DNA of 64,000 bases from an uncultured bacterium. Lineage in GTDB: Bacteria; Chloroflexota; UBA5177; JANWHV01. Within the stretch, counting starts at the first letter, position 1. Each line of letters begins with the position of its first letter. A program made the translations under genes and the position numbers. The notes under the pieces are model-generated. The model worked only from the letters and a program-made list of their open reading frames with translations, searched no databases and had not been told where the DNA came from. Shown piece by piece: positions 1 through 9,610 of this stretch. The stretch lies in contig CAWHAE010000009.1 of NCBI GenBank assembly GCA_963827235.1, forward strand, positions 768,001 through 832,000. Reading direction: 5' to 3'.

Positions 1-493
1 AGGCGCTGGAAACGGCGCACTCTACCAGGCGCCCGCCGGCATCGACCTGATAGCGCCCCAGGGACTTGCGGCACACCGTGCCGGTGCTCGAGAACGGCTG
101 CTCATGCCGGCGTGACGCCGCCGCATCCGTCGCCGCGCCGTCCGGAATGAGATCCGGCTCCCCACTCGCATGCAATGGGCCCGCGGCCGGACGGGAGAGT
201 GCTGGCGGCTGGGGCCGGCCGGCGGGCGCGCCTGGACTATCGTCCTCGACGCTACCTGAGCGTGGCGTGTGCGTACCGGACGGGGCACGAGCCGCGACGC
301 TATTCGGATTCACCGGGCGTCCATGCCTGTTCTTCAGCGGCCGTGGCCTGCCCATGGCCCTTAACTGGCGGCGCAGGCTGCCTGTTCCATAGTCTTCCAG
401 GTCCTGCTCGTATTCCGCGTAATCATCGGTCTCGGACGAGGTTTCTTTGTCGAAATCGTCGAGCTCTACAGAGTCGCCGGTCAACGAACGCAT
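1..493 (-). CDS. Partial CDS (N-terminal part), probable ribosome small subunit-dependent GTPase RsgA-like protein with long acidic/low-complexity N-terminal extension
   Basis: Not in the ORF track because it runs off the window edge. ATG at 493 opens a stop-free frame: MRSLTGDSVELDDFDKETSSETDDYAEYEQDLEDYG...TGTVCRKSLGRYQVDAGGRLVECAVSSA. The last part resembles the RsgA N-terminal OB-fold (G-x-V...G-x-Y-x-V...C). GTPase motifs would lie outside the window. Confidence 0.55.
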   Translation of the reverse strand, partial: MRSLTGDSVELDDFDKETSSETDDYAEYEQDLEDYGTGSLRRQLRAMGRPRPLKNRHGRPVNPNSVAARAPSGTHTPRSGSVEDDSPGAPAGRPQPPALSRPAAGPLHASGEPDLIPDGAATDAAASRRHEQPFSSTGTVCRKSLGRYQVDAGGRLVECAVSSA

Positions 494-738
494 CGGTTCT
501 CTTTCTGAATACCCTGGTGCTTGGGCCCGGTTCGCCCAAATGGCAGCGCGTGCAGGCTGGGTGAGCATGGCCGGCTCGCGGAAGGTGAGCGGACGCGCGG
601 AACCGCGGGCAGAAGGGCGCCGTTGCCGCGATCTCGGATGCCCGGCGGATGTCTAGCAGGCGATCGCGCCAGGCAGCCGCCGCGTCTGCGGTAGCACGGT
701 CCTGTGCGACGCTGGGCAGGCAGAGCCAAGCCGGGGAA

Positions 739-822
739 TCAGAAGGAGAGGGTCTCCATCTCGGCAGGCGCACCTTGCCGGCGCGCGAAGCGCGCGGCAC
801 GGCCATGACGAAGAGCTGTCAT
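739..822 (-). CDS. Candidate 27-aa leader/small peptide MTALRHGRAARFARRQGAPAEMETLSF
   Basis: Perfect Shine-Dalgarno AAAGGAGG (minus strand, 830-837), 7 nt before ATG 822; TGA at 741-739; lies upstream of the rsgA-like gene. Confidence 0.4.
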   Translation of the reverse strand: MTALRHGRAARFARRQGAPAEMETLSF

Positions 823-1056
823 CAGGGCGCCTCCTTTCGAATCCACGAAACAGCACTAACCCTAACATGTGCGCGTGTGTCCCGCAATACCGGGCAGCGT
901 CGCGAGGTGTATACCGCGTTACACTCCGGGCAATTGCCGCCTGCCCGCACGGTGCCTCCTGCTCCACTCGACGTTGCCGGCAAGCGAGGTCGGCGGCACG
1001 CAGGGGCCGGCGCGCCGGGAATCGATGCTCCTCTGAACAACCTGCGCGGCAAACTC

Positions 1057-1083
1057 TTGACACGTTAGGTGCCCGCCTATAAT
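1057..1083 (+). promoter_or_regulatory. Sigma70-type promoter for the peptide ABC operon
   Basis: TTGACA (1057-1062) and TATAAT (1078-1083), both perfect consensus; the spacer is short (15 bp). Confidence 0.55.
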
Positions 1084-1242
1084 CTGGCTATATCTCCCGA
1101 GAAGCTGGGGCCCACAATGCTGGGGCGCCCCGGCACGCGCATGCGCCGCGCAAGGTGTCGAAGAAGCCGCCCCAATCAATCGTGCAACTAGGCCGGACCC
1201 GCCTAGTGAGCTTCTATGTCGACACAGGAGAGGAGACCCGTC

Positions 1243-2832
1243 ATGCAACGCGCCCCGCTCATCCATGATCCGCGCCTTACTCGAAGCCAGTTCTTGCGTC
1301 TGACCGCCGCCGGAACGGCCGGGGCAATGCTGGCCGGCACGTCCGTTGCCACGGCATACGGCCGTTCCGCAGCGGCACCGGTGCGTGGCGGCACGATACG
1401 TCTTGGCCAGCTCGGCGATGTGAAGTCCTTCGACGGTCCTATGATCTCGGACAACAACTCGATCTGGACCATGCTGCTCATCTACGACCAGCTCACTCGG
1501 CCGACTCCCGATGGCCTTAACGTCGAGCCAAGCCTGGCCACCGGGTGGGAGATCTCCGCGGACGGCAAGACGTACACGTTCCACTTGCGACACGGCGTGA
1601 CCTTCCACGACGGCAGCCCGATGACCGCCGCCGACGTCAAGTTCTCGGTGGAACGCGCCGTGAATATCAAGGGCAGCCAGTGGTCGTTTCTCTTCACCGG
1701 CTTCAAGGGCATGGAGGTCGTCGACACGTACACCGTGCGCGCCCATCTCTCCGAGCCGCGAGCGCCCTTCCTCTCCGACGTCGCCCTCTTCGCCACGTCG
1801 ATCCTGCCCGAGAAGCTGGTTACCAGCCAGGGAGAGCGCTTCTTTCAGAATCCCGTGGGCACGGGTCCATTCATGTTCAAGTCGTGGACCAAGGGCAGCC
1901 AGCTCGTTTTCTCGCGCAACCCGCATCACTTCCGCGCGCCCATGCCTTACGTCGACGAGATTCAGCAGATGGTGGTCGGCGACGACAACACACGTGTGCT
2001 GCAGGTGACGAGCGGCGAGCTGGATATCGCGCTCTTCGTGCCGCCTGCCCAGGCGGCGGCGATCAAGAGCAATCCGAGCGTCGTGCTGCACCAGGACAAT
2101 TTCCTGGACTCCAACTTCATTGTGCTGCAGAACACGTCTCCACATCTCAGCGACAAGCTGGTCCGGCAAGCCATGAACTACGCCATCGACAAGGACGTGA
2201 TCATCAAGCGTCTTCTCTTTGGCTACGGGCAGCCCAGCGGCCAGGCTATGCCCGACATGTTCGGCTACAGCCCGTCGGTCCAGCCGTACCCGTATGACCT
2301 CGCCAAGGCAAAATCCCTGATGGCGAAATCCAAGTATCCCTCGGGGTTCGGCATCACCATGCTGGTCGACCAGGCGACGGAGCAGGCGGACAAGCCGCTG
2401 GCGGAGTTCGTCCAGGAACAGCTCAAGGAGATCGGCGTCGCCGTCACCATCCAGGTTCTCGACGACGCCACGCTGCTGGCCAAGACGCAAAGCACCAACT
2501 ACGAGATGGCAAAAGGGTACATGACCAGCGATATCGTCGATCCCGACGAGCTGATGAGCTTTGCCATCGTCCCCCACGGCGGGACCAACGCCATCTGGAC
2601 CTACTATCAGAATTCTCTGGTGGACAAGCTGGCGGCGCAGGCCGCGGCCATAACCGATCGCGCTAAGCGGCAGAAGCTTTACGATCAGGTCAACACCATA
2701 CATCACGACGACGCGCCGATGATCTTCCTCTATCGCCAACCCAGTCTCAGCGCGACCAGCAACAAGCTTCAGGGCTTCAAAGTGCTTCCGACCGGCAACT
2801 ATCGCCTGGAAGAGTGCTGGTTCTCTTCCTAG
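1243..2832 (+). CDS. ABC transporter peptide/nickel-binding protein (DppA/OppA family 5)
   Basis: Family-5 motifs (P.LA..W..S.DG.TYTF.LR.GV.FHDG...TA.DV.FS, PVGTGPF, VRQAMNYAID). Tat-like signal TRSQFL. SD AGGAGAGGAG precedes ATG 1243. Confidence 0.93.
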   Translation: MQRAPLIHDPRLTRSQFLRLTAAGTAGAMLAGTSVATAYGRSAAAPVRGGTIRLGQLGDVKSFDGPMISDNNSIWTMLLIYDQLTRPTPDGLNVEPSLATGWEISADGKTYTFHLRHGVTFHDGSPMTAADVKFSVERAVNIKGSQWSFLFTGFKGMEVVDTYTVRAHLSEPRAPFLSDVALFATSILPEKLVTSQGERFFQNPVGTGPFMFKSWTKGSQLVFSRNPHHFRAPMPYVDEIQQMVVGDDNTRVLQVTSGELDIALFVPPAQAAAIKSNPSVVLHQDNFLDSNFIVLQNTSPHLSDKLVRQAMNYAIDKDVIIKRLLFGYGQPSGQAMPDMFGYSPSVQPYPYDLAKAKSLMAKSKYPSGFGITMLVDQATEQADKPLAEFVQEQLKEIGVAVTIQVLDDATLLAKTQSTNYEMAKGYMTSDIVDPDELMSFAIVPHGGTNAIWTYYQNSLVDKLAAQAAAITDRAKRQKLYDQVNTIHHDDAPMIFLYRQPSLSATSNKLQGFKVLPTGNYRLEECWFSS

Positions 2833-3045
2833 CGAGTAGCAAGCGCCATGGGCGAGCGCCGCCCGGTCGCCCATGGCCTGAGCCCAGTGAGACAGCGTCA
2901 GGCAAGATTTCAGCATGGAGCCCTATATCTGCCGTGGAGACGTATCGCATCTATTCGCCCGCTTGCATGCCGGCGGACGCCGTGCGCTCCTGCGGACGGG
3001 CGGTAAGTTCCGTCATATTTCCGGCAGCGCGGGGAGAGGAGGGGC

Positions 3046-3981
3046 ATGGCGACGATCGTCTTGCGGCGGGTCCTGCAGCTGATCCCTGTCTTCTTCGGAC
3101 TCTCTATCACCATCTTCCTGCTCATTCACCTGATCCCCGGCGACCCGGCCCAGGTGATGCTCTCGTTCCGCGCCACGCCGGAGGCGATTGCCGCTCTGCA
3201 CAAAGCCTGGCATCTGGATAGTCCGCTGCCGCTGCAGTACTGGTACTTCATGCGCCGGCTCTTCGTGGGCGATCTCGGTACTTCCGTACAGTATCAAGTG
3301 CCGGTCAGCGACTTGCTCGCCTCCCGGGTGCAGGAGACCCTGCTGCTGGCTCTGCTCAGCATGCTCGTGAGCCTGGTCCTGGCCGTCCCGCTCGCCGCCC
3401 TGGCGGCGGTGAACATGAACCGGTGGCCGGACCTGCTCATCCGCGTCGTCACCGTGCTCGGCTTTGCCATGCCGTCCTTCTGGATTGCCTTGCTACTCGA
3501 GCTGCTGCTGGGTAGCAAGTGGCGGATCTTTCCCGTGGCGGGCTACGGCACGACCATGGCGGACCACCTCTATCACCTGGCGCTGCCCGCTATCGTCGTG
3601 GCGCTCTCGGTGTTCCCGCTCATCCTGCGCACGCTTCGGGCCGGCATACTCGAAGTCCTGCACATGGAGTACGTGCGCACTGCGCGGGCGAAGGGTCTTG
3701 CCAGGCACACCGTCCTGTACAAGCACGTGTTTCGCAATGCGCTCATTCCCACTATTGCCGTGGTGGGCGTGAACATGGGCTTTCTGCTGGGAGGCACCGT
3801 GATCATCGAGACGGTGTTTGGCCTCCCCGGCGTCGGCGCCCTCCTGATCGGCGGTATCAACGAACGCGACTATCCGCTGGTGCAGGCAGGCGCCCTCGTG
3901 CTTGCCCTGATCTTCGTCCTGGTAAATTTGCTGACCGATATCGTGTACATCTTCGTCGATCCGAGGATTCATCCGCGCTGA
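3046..3981 (+). CDS. Peptide ABC transporter permease (DppB/OppB)
   Basis: LIPGDPA, GDLGTS, EYVRTARAKGL...HVFRNALIP, IETVFGLPGVG; SD GAGGAGG. Confidence 0.93.
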   Translation: MATIVLRRVLQLIPVFFGLSITIFLLIHLIPGDPAQVMLSFRATPEAIAALHKAWHLDSPLPLQYWYFMRRLFVGDLGTSVQYQVPVSDLLASRVQETLLLALLSMLVSLVLAVPLAALAAVNMNRWPDLLIRVVTVLGFAMPSFWIALLLELLLGSKWRIFPVAGYGTTMADHLYHLALPAIVVALSVFPLILRTLRAGILEVLHMEYVRTARAKGLARHTVLYKHVFRNALIPTIAVVGVNMGFLLGGTVIIETVFGLPGVGALLIGGINERDYPLVQAGALVLALIFVLVNLLTDIVYIFVDPRIHPR

Positions 3982-4017
3982 TCGACCACGTGCTCAGACC
4001 ACGGAAAGTGCGCAGGC

Positions 4018-4920
4018 ATGGAAGCATCCGCCCTCAACCCGCCGAATCTGCCGAACACGCTGGCCGGCGAGCCCTTGCTCGTCGCGGCACCTCGCCAGGC
4101 AGCACTACTCTCGCGGCTGCGACGGTATCGCACCCTTGCCGTGGGTCTGGGTCTGGTGCTGGCATTGGTGCTCATGGCGATCTTCGGTCCGCTGCTGATG
4201 CCGTACGATCCCACAGTCGGCGACATCATGAACAGTCTGGCCGCGCCCTCGCACGCGCACCTCCTGGGCACGGACTACGAGGGACGCGACATGCTTGCGC
4301 GCGTGCTCTCGGGCGCGCGGGTCGCTCTCGGCGTGAGCGTGACCACGGTGATCATCTCGTTGATCGTCGGCAGCCTGCTGGGCATGTTCGCGGCCTACGC
4401 GGGCGGTGTGGTGGGCGCCGCGATCATGCGCATCCTCGATATCGTGATCTCGTTCCCCTACGTCGTTCTGGTCATCGCCGTGCTGGCCGTGCTCGGTCCA
4501 GGCATGCTCAGCGTGGGCGTTGCCATCGCTGCCGTGGACTGGACGACCTACGGGCGCATCATGTATGGCCAAGTGCTCAGCGTTCGGGAGCGCGAGTACG
4601 TCGAAGCATGCAAGGCGACCGGCATGGCGCCGTCGCGCATCCTGCTGCGGCACATACTCCCCAACGTATGGACGCCCGCGCTCGTCTACGCCACGCTCGA
4701 CATCACCCAGGTCATTCTGCTCATGTCTGCTCTGAGCTTCCTTGGCCTTGGCGTGCAGCCACCCAACTCCGATTGGGGTACTATGGTCTCCGACGGGCGA
4801 GCGTATATCTATTCGGCATGGTGGATCAGCACCTTCCCTGGCATCGCGATCATGATCACGGGCAGCTGTTTCGCCATCCTGGGCGACGGCCTGGCCGAAG
4901 CGCTGGACAACCGGCGCTGA
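4018..4920 (+). CDS. Peptide ABC transporter permease (DppC/OppC)
   Basis: PS..HLLGTD..GRD, EYVEA...G....I..RHILPN, LSFLGLG.QPP..DWG. Confidence 0.93.
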   Translation: MEASALNPPNLPNTLAGEPLLVAAPRQAALLSRLRRYRTLAVGLGLVLALVLMAIFGPLLMPYDPTVGDIMNSLAAPSHAHLLGTDYEGRDMLARVLSGARVALGVSVTTVIISLIVGSLLGMFAAYAGGVVGAAIMRILDIVISFPYVVLVIAVLAVLGPGMLSVGVAIAAVDWTTYGRIMYGQVLSVREREYVEACKATGMAPSRILLRHILPNVWTPALVYATLDITQVILLMSALSFLGLGVQPPNSDWGTMVSDGRAYIYSAWWISTFPGIAIMITGSCFAILGDGLAEALDNRR

Positions 4921-5023
4921 ATGAGTGCTCCCATTCCGGCATAGCCGGCGGCCCACGGTCCCAACCGCGTGGCAGCGTGCGGCGGCATGCCCGAGAGATC
5001 CGGCCGCGGCCGGTTGGAAAGAG

Positions 5024-6454
5024 ATGATGCGTATGCATGACACATCGGCGACCACCCAGGCACTCGACGAATTCATCGTGGAGTCGATGGCGCAGGGAAA
5101 TACCCCGGGCCTGGCAATCAGCGTAGTCAGGGGCGGCACCACCGTGTTCCAGCGCGGATACGGCGTGGCCGATTGCGATACGGGCCGGCCGATGAGCGAG
5201 CGGACCGCGGTGGTCATCGGTTCGACCACCAAAGCCTTTACCTGTGCCGCGCTCCTGCAGCTCGTCGAGGCCGGCAAGCTGCGGCTCGACGATCCCGTGC
5301 AACAGCATATCCCCTCGTTCCGCGTGCGCGACGAGGACGCCTCCGCGCGCATGACCATCCGCCAGGTGGTGACTCATAACGCCGGCTTGCCGCCCACCGT
5401 CTCGGACAACGGCCGCTTCCTGTTCAACGACTACGACGCGCCGGATGCCACGGCTCGATACATAGCGGATCTCGCTTCGGCCGATTTGATCGCGCCGCTG
5501 GGCAGTACCTGGGTGTACGCCAACGACGGCTTCAGCATCGCCGGGCGCATCGTCGAGATCGTCTCGGGAAGGTCCTACGAAGAGTACGTGCAGCGCGACA
5601 TTCTTGGCCCGTTGGGCGTTACGGAGTCGGGATTCAGCACGGAGCTGCCGCCGGGCATCGATCTGGCGACGGCACATGACTATGATGCCGACGGCCGGCA
5701 CTATACGTCGTTCTTCCCGCATAACCGGGCCGGGGCGGCGGCGGGCTCCACGCTCGTGATGTCAGCACGCGACGCTGGCCGCTGGCTGCAGGCGATCCTC
5801 GACCGCGGCCGCGTGGGAACGCGGCAGCTCCTCTCGGAGGAGAGCTTCGCCGAGCTCGTGCGGCCGCAGGTGAGCATCCCCAAGAGCGTGCGTGGCAGCA
5901 GCGGCGCCGATCGGCGCTATGCACTCGGCTGGATGGCCGGCCAGACGGGCGGCATCGATACTCTCAGCCACGGCGGATCGACGATCACCATGGGCTCGTA
6001 CTTCATCGTCGCTCCCGACGAGCGGCTGGCCGTGGCCGTGGTGGCAAACAGCGGCACGACAGTATCCGACATCGTGGCCGAGGCGGCAGTGCGACTCTTC
6101 ACCGGCGGCGCGCCGGCGCGCCGCTTCCCGGCGGTGGATCGCTCATTCGTGCCTGATCGCACGCTGTGGCCGCGCTTTGCCGGCGTCTACGTGGCGCACA
6201 TCCTGCAGAATGACGTGCCCGGCCCCTTGCCTATCAAATACGAGGAGGGGCGCCTGTTTGCCACCACCTACCCCGGCGACGCGCGGCGCCGGCCCGGCAA
6301 TATCTACGCCTACCCACTGAGCGACGGCGAGTTCGTGCTGTTTGGCCGCGGGCGCACGGGCTGGCCCGCCACCTTCGCGATCAAGAACGGGGTCGTGGAA
6401 GCCACCTGGCACGAGGTGCCCATTGTCAAGCAAGAAGGTGTTTCGCAGGCATGA
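5024..6454 (+). CDS. Serine hydrolase, beta-lactamase class C/AmpC-like family
   Basis: SxxK (GSTTK), YxN (YAN) and HGG motifs; LVE.GKL.LDDPV. Start uncertain (5024, 5027 or 5033). Confidence 0.88.
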   Translation: MMRMHDTSATTQALDEFIVESMAQGNTPGLAISVVRGGTTVFQRGYGVADCDTGRPMSERTAVVIGSTTKAFTCAALLQLVEAGKLRLDDPVQQHIPSFRVRDEDASARMTIRQVVTHNAGLPPTVSDNGRFLFNDYDAPDATARYIADLASADLIAPLGSTWVYANDGFSIAGRIVEIVSGRSYEEYVQRDILGPLGVTESGFSTELPPGIDLATAHDYDADGRHYTSFFPHNRAGAAAGSTLVMSARDAGRWLQAILDRGRVGTRQLLSEESFAELVRPQVSIPKSVRGSSGADRRYALGWMAGQTGGIDTLSHGGSTITMGSYFIVAPDERLAVAVVANSGTTVSDIVAEAAVRLFTGGAPARRFPAVDRSFVPDRTLWPRFAGVYVAHILQNDVPGPLPIKYEEGRLFATTYPGDARRRPGNIYAYPLSDGEFVLFGRGRTGWPATFAIKNGVVEATWHEVPIVKQEGVSQA

Positions 6455-7281
6455 GCACGCAAGCTGCGGACCGGCAATCGCCGGAGTTTCTGGTCCGAGA
6501 AGTAGAGCGCACGTATTACGACTATCGCTTCGCCTGGGAGGGCGAGCGCGAAGAGATTCGCGTCTATGAGGATGCCACGCTCCGGGTGTTGCCGGTGCCG
6601 GTCTATGGCTGGCACGCGCTCATCGAGAATGCCAGGATCGATGCCCGCCATGCTGGTGCGCGGATCGCCGCGCTGGAGCGAGAAGCGAGTGAGGGCGGTC
6701 GGCCTGTGCAGTGGGTGTTCGGCGACACGCCCGAGCCCCCGGATCTGGCGCAGCGGCTGGAAGCACTCGGCCTGCAGCGCAGCATCCATTGGGATGGCCT
6801 CGCCCTGACCGATCTCACGGTCGAGCTCCCTGTCGATCCGGCGATACGGATCGAGCAGGTCTCGGCGGAGAATGCCGGGGAGTACGTCGACGTCTACGCG
6901 CCGAGCACGCCGGAAATGCGCGAGGCACGCCTGGCTGCCGTGCACCGCTACTTGCAGTTCTCCAGGCCCGAGGCGCTGGCGTACCTGGCTCGACTGGATG
7001 GAGCAGCGGCCGGCGCGGTGGTGCTGCGCATCGAGCCCGGCGGCGTGGCGTATCTCCGCAACGCAATCACGCGGCCGGAGTTTCGCAGCCGCGGAGTCTA
7101 TCTGGCGATGATCGCGCATCGGCTGCGCCTGGCGAGGGAGGCCGGCTGCCAGGCCATGGTCGTGCAGGCGCAAACGCACACGTCGTCGCCTATCCTGCGC
7201 AAGCGAGGCTTCCAGCGCGTCTGCGGATTCTATGCCTACTCCCGCCCGGAACAGCCTGCCGATGCGGCCGGCCGCTCTTGA
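6451..7281 (+). CDS. GNAT family N-acetyltransferase
   Basis: T.PEFRSRGVY motif A and S.PIL.K.GF; ATGA overlap with upstream stop. Confidence 0.85.
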   Translation: MSTQAADRQSPEFLVREVERTYYDYRFAWEGEREEIRVYEDATLRVLPVPVYGWHALIENARIDARHAGARIAALEREASEGGRPVQWVFGDTPEPPDLAQRLEALGLQRSIHWDGLALTDLTVELPVDPAIRIEQVSAENAGEYVDVYAPSTPEMREARLAAVHRYLQFSRPEALAYLARLDGAAAGAVVLRIEPGGVAYLRNAITRPEFRSRGVYLAMIAHRLRLAREAGCQAMVVQAQTHTSSPILRKRGFQRVCGFYAYSRPEQPADAAGRS

Positions 7282-7314
7282 GGGGAGGCGCTCGAGAGTG
7301 ATAGCCTGAGCAGC

Positions 7315-8115
7315 ATGTGTGCGACTCAATACTCCCAGGAGTTCCTCGCTTCCGAAGTGGAGCGGACATCCTGCAGTTACTCGCTTGCCTGGGAAGGCGA
7401 GGAAGAGCACCTGCACGACATGGGTGACGCGGTCATTCGCGTGCTGCCCGGCCGGCCTTACGGGGCGGGAGCGATCGTGCAGTGGATCAATCTCGATCCG
7501 GGCCGGGCGGACGAGCGCCTCGCGATTTTGGAGCGCGATGCTGAGACGCTCGGTGGACCGGTGCGCTGGACTTTCGGCGACCATCCGTCGCCGCCGGACC
7601 TGGCATCGCGCCTGGAAGCGCGCGGTCTGCGCCGCATCATCCACTGGGATGGGTTAGCGCTCACCGATCTTCGCGCGGAGCTCCCCGTCAATCCCGAGGT
7701 ACGCATAGAGCCGCTGTCGGACGAAAACGTTGAGGAGTGGGCAGCGGCTCGCGAGCCCGTCGATCCGGAGCGGCGCCGCCAGAGGATCGCGGCGGCGACC
7801 CGCTATCTGCGGAACGAGCGCCGCCAGGTGCGCCACTTCCTCGGCCGTCTCGATGGGCGGATCGCGGGCTTCGTCGTCCTTCGTATAGAGCCGAACGGCG
7901 TGGCCTACCTGCGCAATGCGATCACCGTGCCGGGGTTTCGCAACCGTGGACTCTATCTGACCCTGCTCGCTCACCGGTTGCGCGTTGCCAGGGAAGCCGG
8001 CTGCGAGGTCGCCGTCGTGGCAGCACAGGTACAGTCTTCGTCGCCAATACTGTGCAAGCGGGGCTTCGTGCGTGTGTGCGGCTTCAATGGCTATGCGCGA
8101 GCAGCGGAAACGTGA
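7315..8115 (+). CDS. GNAT family N-acetyltransferase (paralogue of upstream gene)
   Basis: TVPGFRNRGLY, SSPILCKRGF; colinear similarity to 6451-7281. Confidence 0.85.
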   Translation: MCATQYSQEFLASEVERTSCSYSLAWEGEEEHLHDMGDAVIRVLPGRPYGAGAIVQWINLDPGRADERLAILERDAETLGGPVRWTFGDHPSPPDLASRLEARGLRRIIHWDGLALTDLRAELPVNPEVRIEPLSDENVEEWAAAREPVDPERRRQRIAAATRYLRNERRQVRHFLGRLDGRIAGFVVLRIEPNGVAYLRNAITVPGFRNRGLYLTLLAHRLRVAREAGCEVAVVAAQVQSSSPILCKRGFVRVCGFNGYARAAET

Positions 8116-8131
8116 GGAGCAGGGGACGGAA

Positions 8132-9289
8132 ATGGCGGCACAGCTTAACCATATCGAAGGGGCGCTGCGCGATAGGCTCGAGCAGTTCCTGGCCGATCTT
8201 CGCCTGCTGACCGGGATCGACTGTGGTACGGCCAACAGGGACGGCGTCAACCGCGTCGGCGCCTGGGTGCGGGCGCGCTGCGAAGCGAACGCCTGGACGA
8301 CGCACCTCCACCCACGTTCCGTGGGCGGCGACATCGTGGAGGCGCGAGTGGCGGGCGCGGGTCGGGCGAGGATTCTCCTGCTCGCGCACATGGACACGGT
8401 CTACCAGGATGGCGTAGCTGCCGCGCGCCCGATGCGCATCGACGGCAACAAGATCGTCGGCCCCGGCACCGCGGACATGAAGGCGGGCCTGCTGGCCGCC
8501 ATCTACGCCGTCGAAGCACTGGAGTTGCTGCAGGTGCGGCCGTTCGGCGAGCTGGTGTTGCTGTTCACCGCGGACGAGGAGATCGGATCCCCGGAGAGCA
8601 GCGAGCTGATCGAAGCAACCGCGACGAGCTGTACCGCGGCCCTTGTCCTGGAGCCGGCGCGCCTGTCGGGCGCGCTCGTGGCGGCCCGCAAAGGGGTCGT
8701 CGACTATCAGATCGACGTGCGCGGCCGTGCCGCCCATTCCGGAGTCGAGCCCGAGAAGGGTCGCAGCGCGATCGTGGAGCTTGCGCACAAGATCGTGGCC
8801 TTGCAGGCGCTAAACGGCGTCGTTCCCGGCGGCATCGTGAACGTGGGCATCGTCAGCGGCGGCAATGCCCTGAACGTCGTGCCCGAGACCGCTACCGCGC
8901 GCTTTCAGATGCGCGCCCCCGACCCGGTGGGCCTGGAAGAGGTCGACCGCAGGATCCACGAGATCGCGGACAGCGTCGTAGTGCCGGATACGAGCACGAC
9001 GCTCACGGTGCACCACGGCCATCCACCGATGGCCAGGACCGCCGCCATCGAGCGGCTCGTGGCCATGGCGCAGGAGGTGGCGCACGGGCTCGGTTTCGAC
9101 ATAGAGGCCGTGGCCACCGGCGGTGCCTCGGACGCGTGTACCGTGGCCCACGCCAACGTGCCGGTCCTGGATGGACTTGGCCCGATAGGCGGGAACGCAC
9201 ACAGCGCCGATGAATGGCTGGCAGCGGACTCCATAGTGCCGAGAACCGCCCTGCTGGCAGGGCTGATCGCGCGCATAGCCGAGGGCTGA
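8132..9289 (+). CDS. M20 family metallopeptidase (glutamate carboxypeptidase G2-like)
   Basis: HMDTV, GPG.ADMK.G, DEEIGS, LVLEP, RKG, G.AAHSG..PE.GRSAI, GGASD, LDGLGP.G..AH...E. Confidence 0.92.
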   Translation: MAAQLNHIEGALRDRLEQFLADLRLLTGIDCGTANRDGVNRVGAWVRARCEANAWTTHLHPRSVGGDIVEARVAGAGRARILLLAHMDTVYQDGVAAARPMRIDGNKIVGPGTADMKAGLLAAIYAVEALELLQVRPFGELVLLFTADEEIGSPESSELIEATATSCTAALVLEPARLSGALVAARKGVVDYQIDVRGRAAHSGVEPEKGRSAIVELAHKIVALQALNGVVPGGIVNVGIVSGGNALNVVPETATARFQMRAPDPVGLEEVDRRIHEIADSVVVPDTSTTLTVHHGHPPMARTAAIERLVAMAQEVAHGLGFDIEAVATGGASDACTVAHANVPVLDGLGPIGGNAHSADEWLAADSIVPRTALLAGLIARIAEG

Positions 9290-9329
9290 GCGAAGGCCGT
9301 CTACGGTCACTATCGTGGCATGCCGTGGA

Positions 9330-9374
9330 TTTAACACGCTCTTAAGGACTCCGGGAGGCGTCGCGGCGTACACT
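9330..9374 (+). promoter_or_regulatory. Two TTAA-core repeats at 11-bp period plus a -10 element (Pho-box-like promoter)
   Basis: TTTAAC and CTTAAG (TTAA at 9331 and 9342); TACACT at 9369-9374. Confidence 0.35.
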
Positions 9375-9610
9375 GCGAGTGCGGGCCTGCCGCGTGCCCC
9401 CGAGCAAGGCGACAGGCGACGGCGCTTTCAGCACCTGAAGGCAGGCCGGATCGCCGGATCATGGCGTGCCGCCTGCGCGCCGGACTTACCGCGCGTTCTC
9501 CACGCAGCGCGAGTGGCGGTGCCTCCTGGCATCGCCACTCGCGTCCGCGGCCGGCACGGAGAGCTCGGCTCTGCTCTTCGGGCATGCGACGACTAGTGAA
9601 AGTGACGTTC

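Noticed and set aside
5024-6454. Bona fide beta-lactam resistance gene
   Set aside because: No signal peptide and a catabolic operon context; the fold is shared by many esterases and peptidases.
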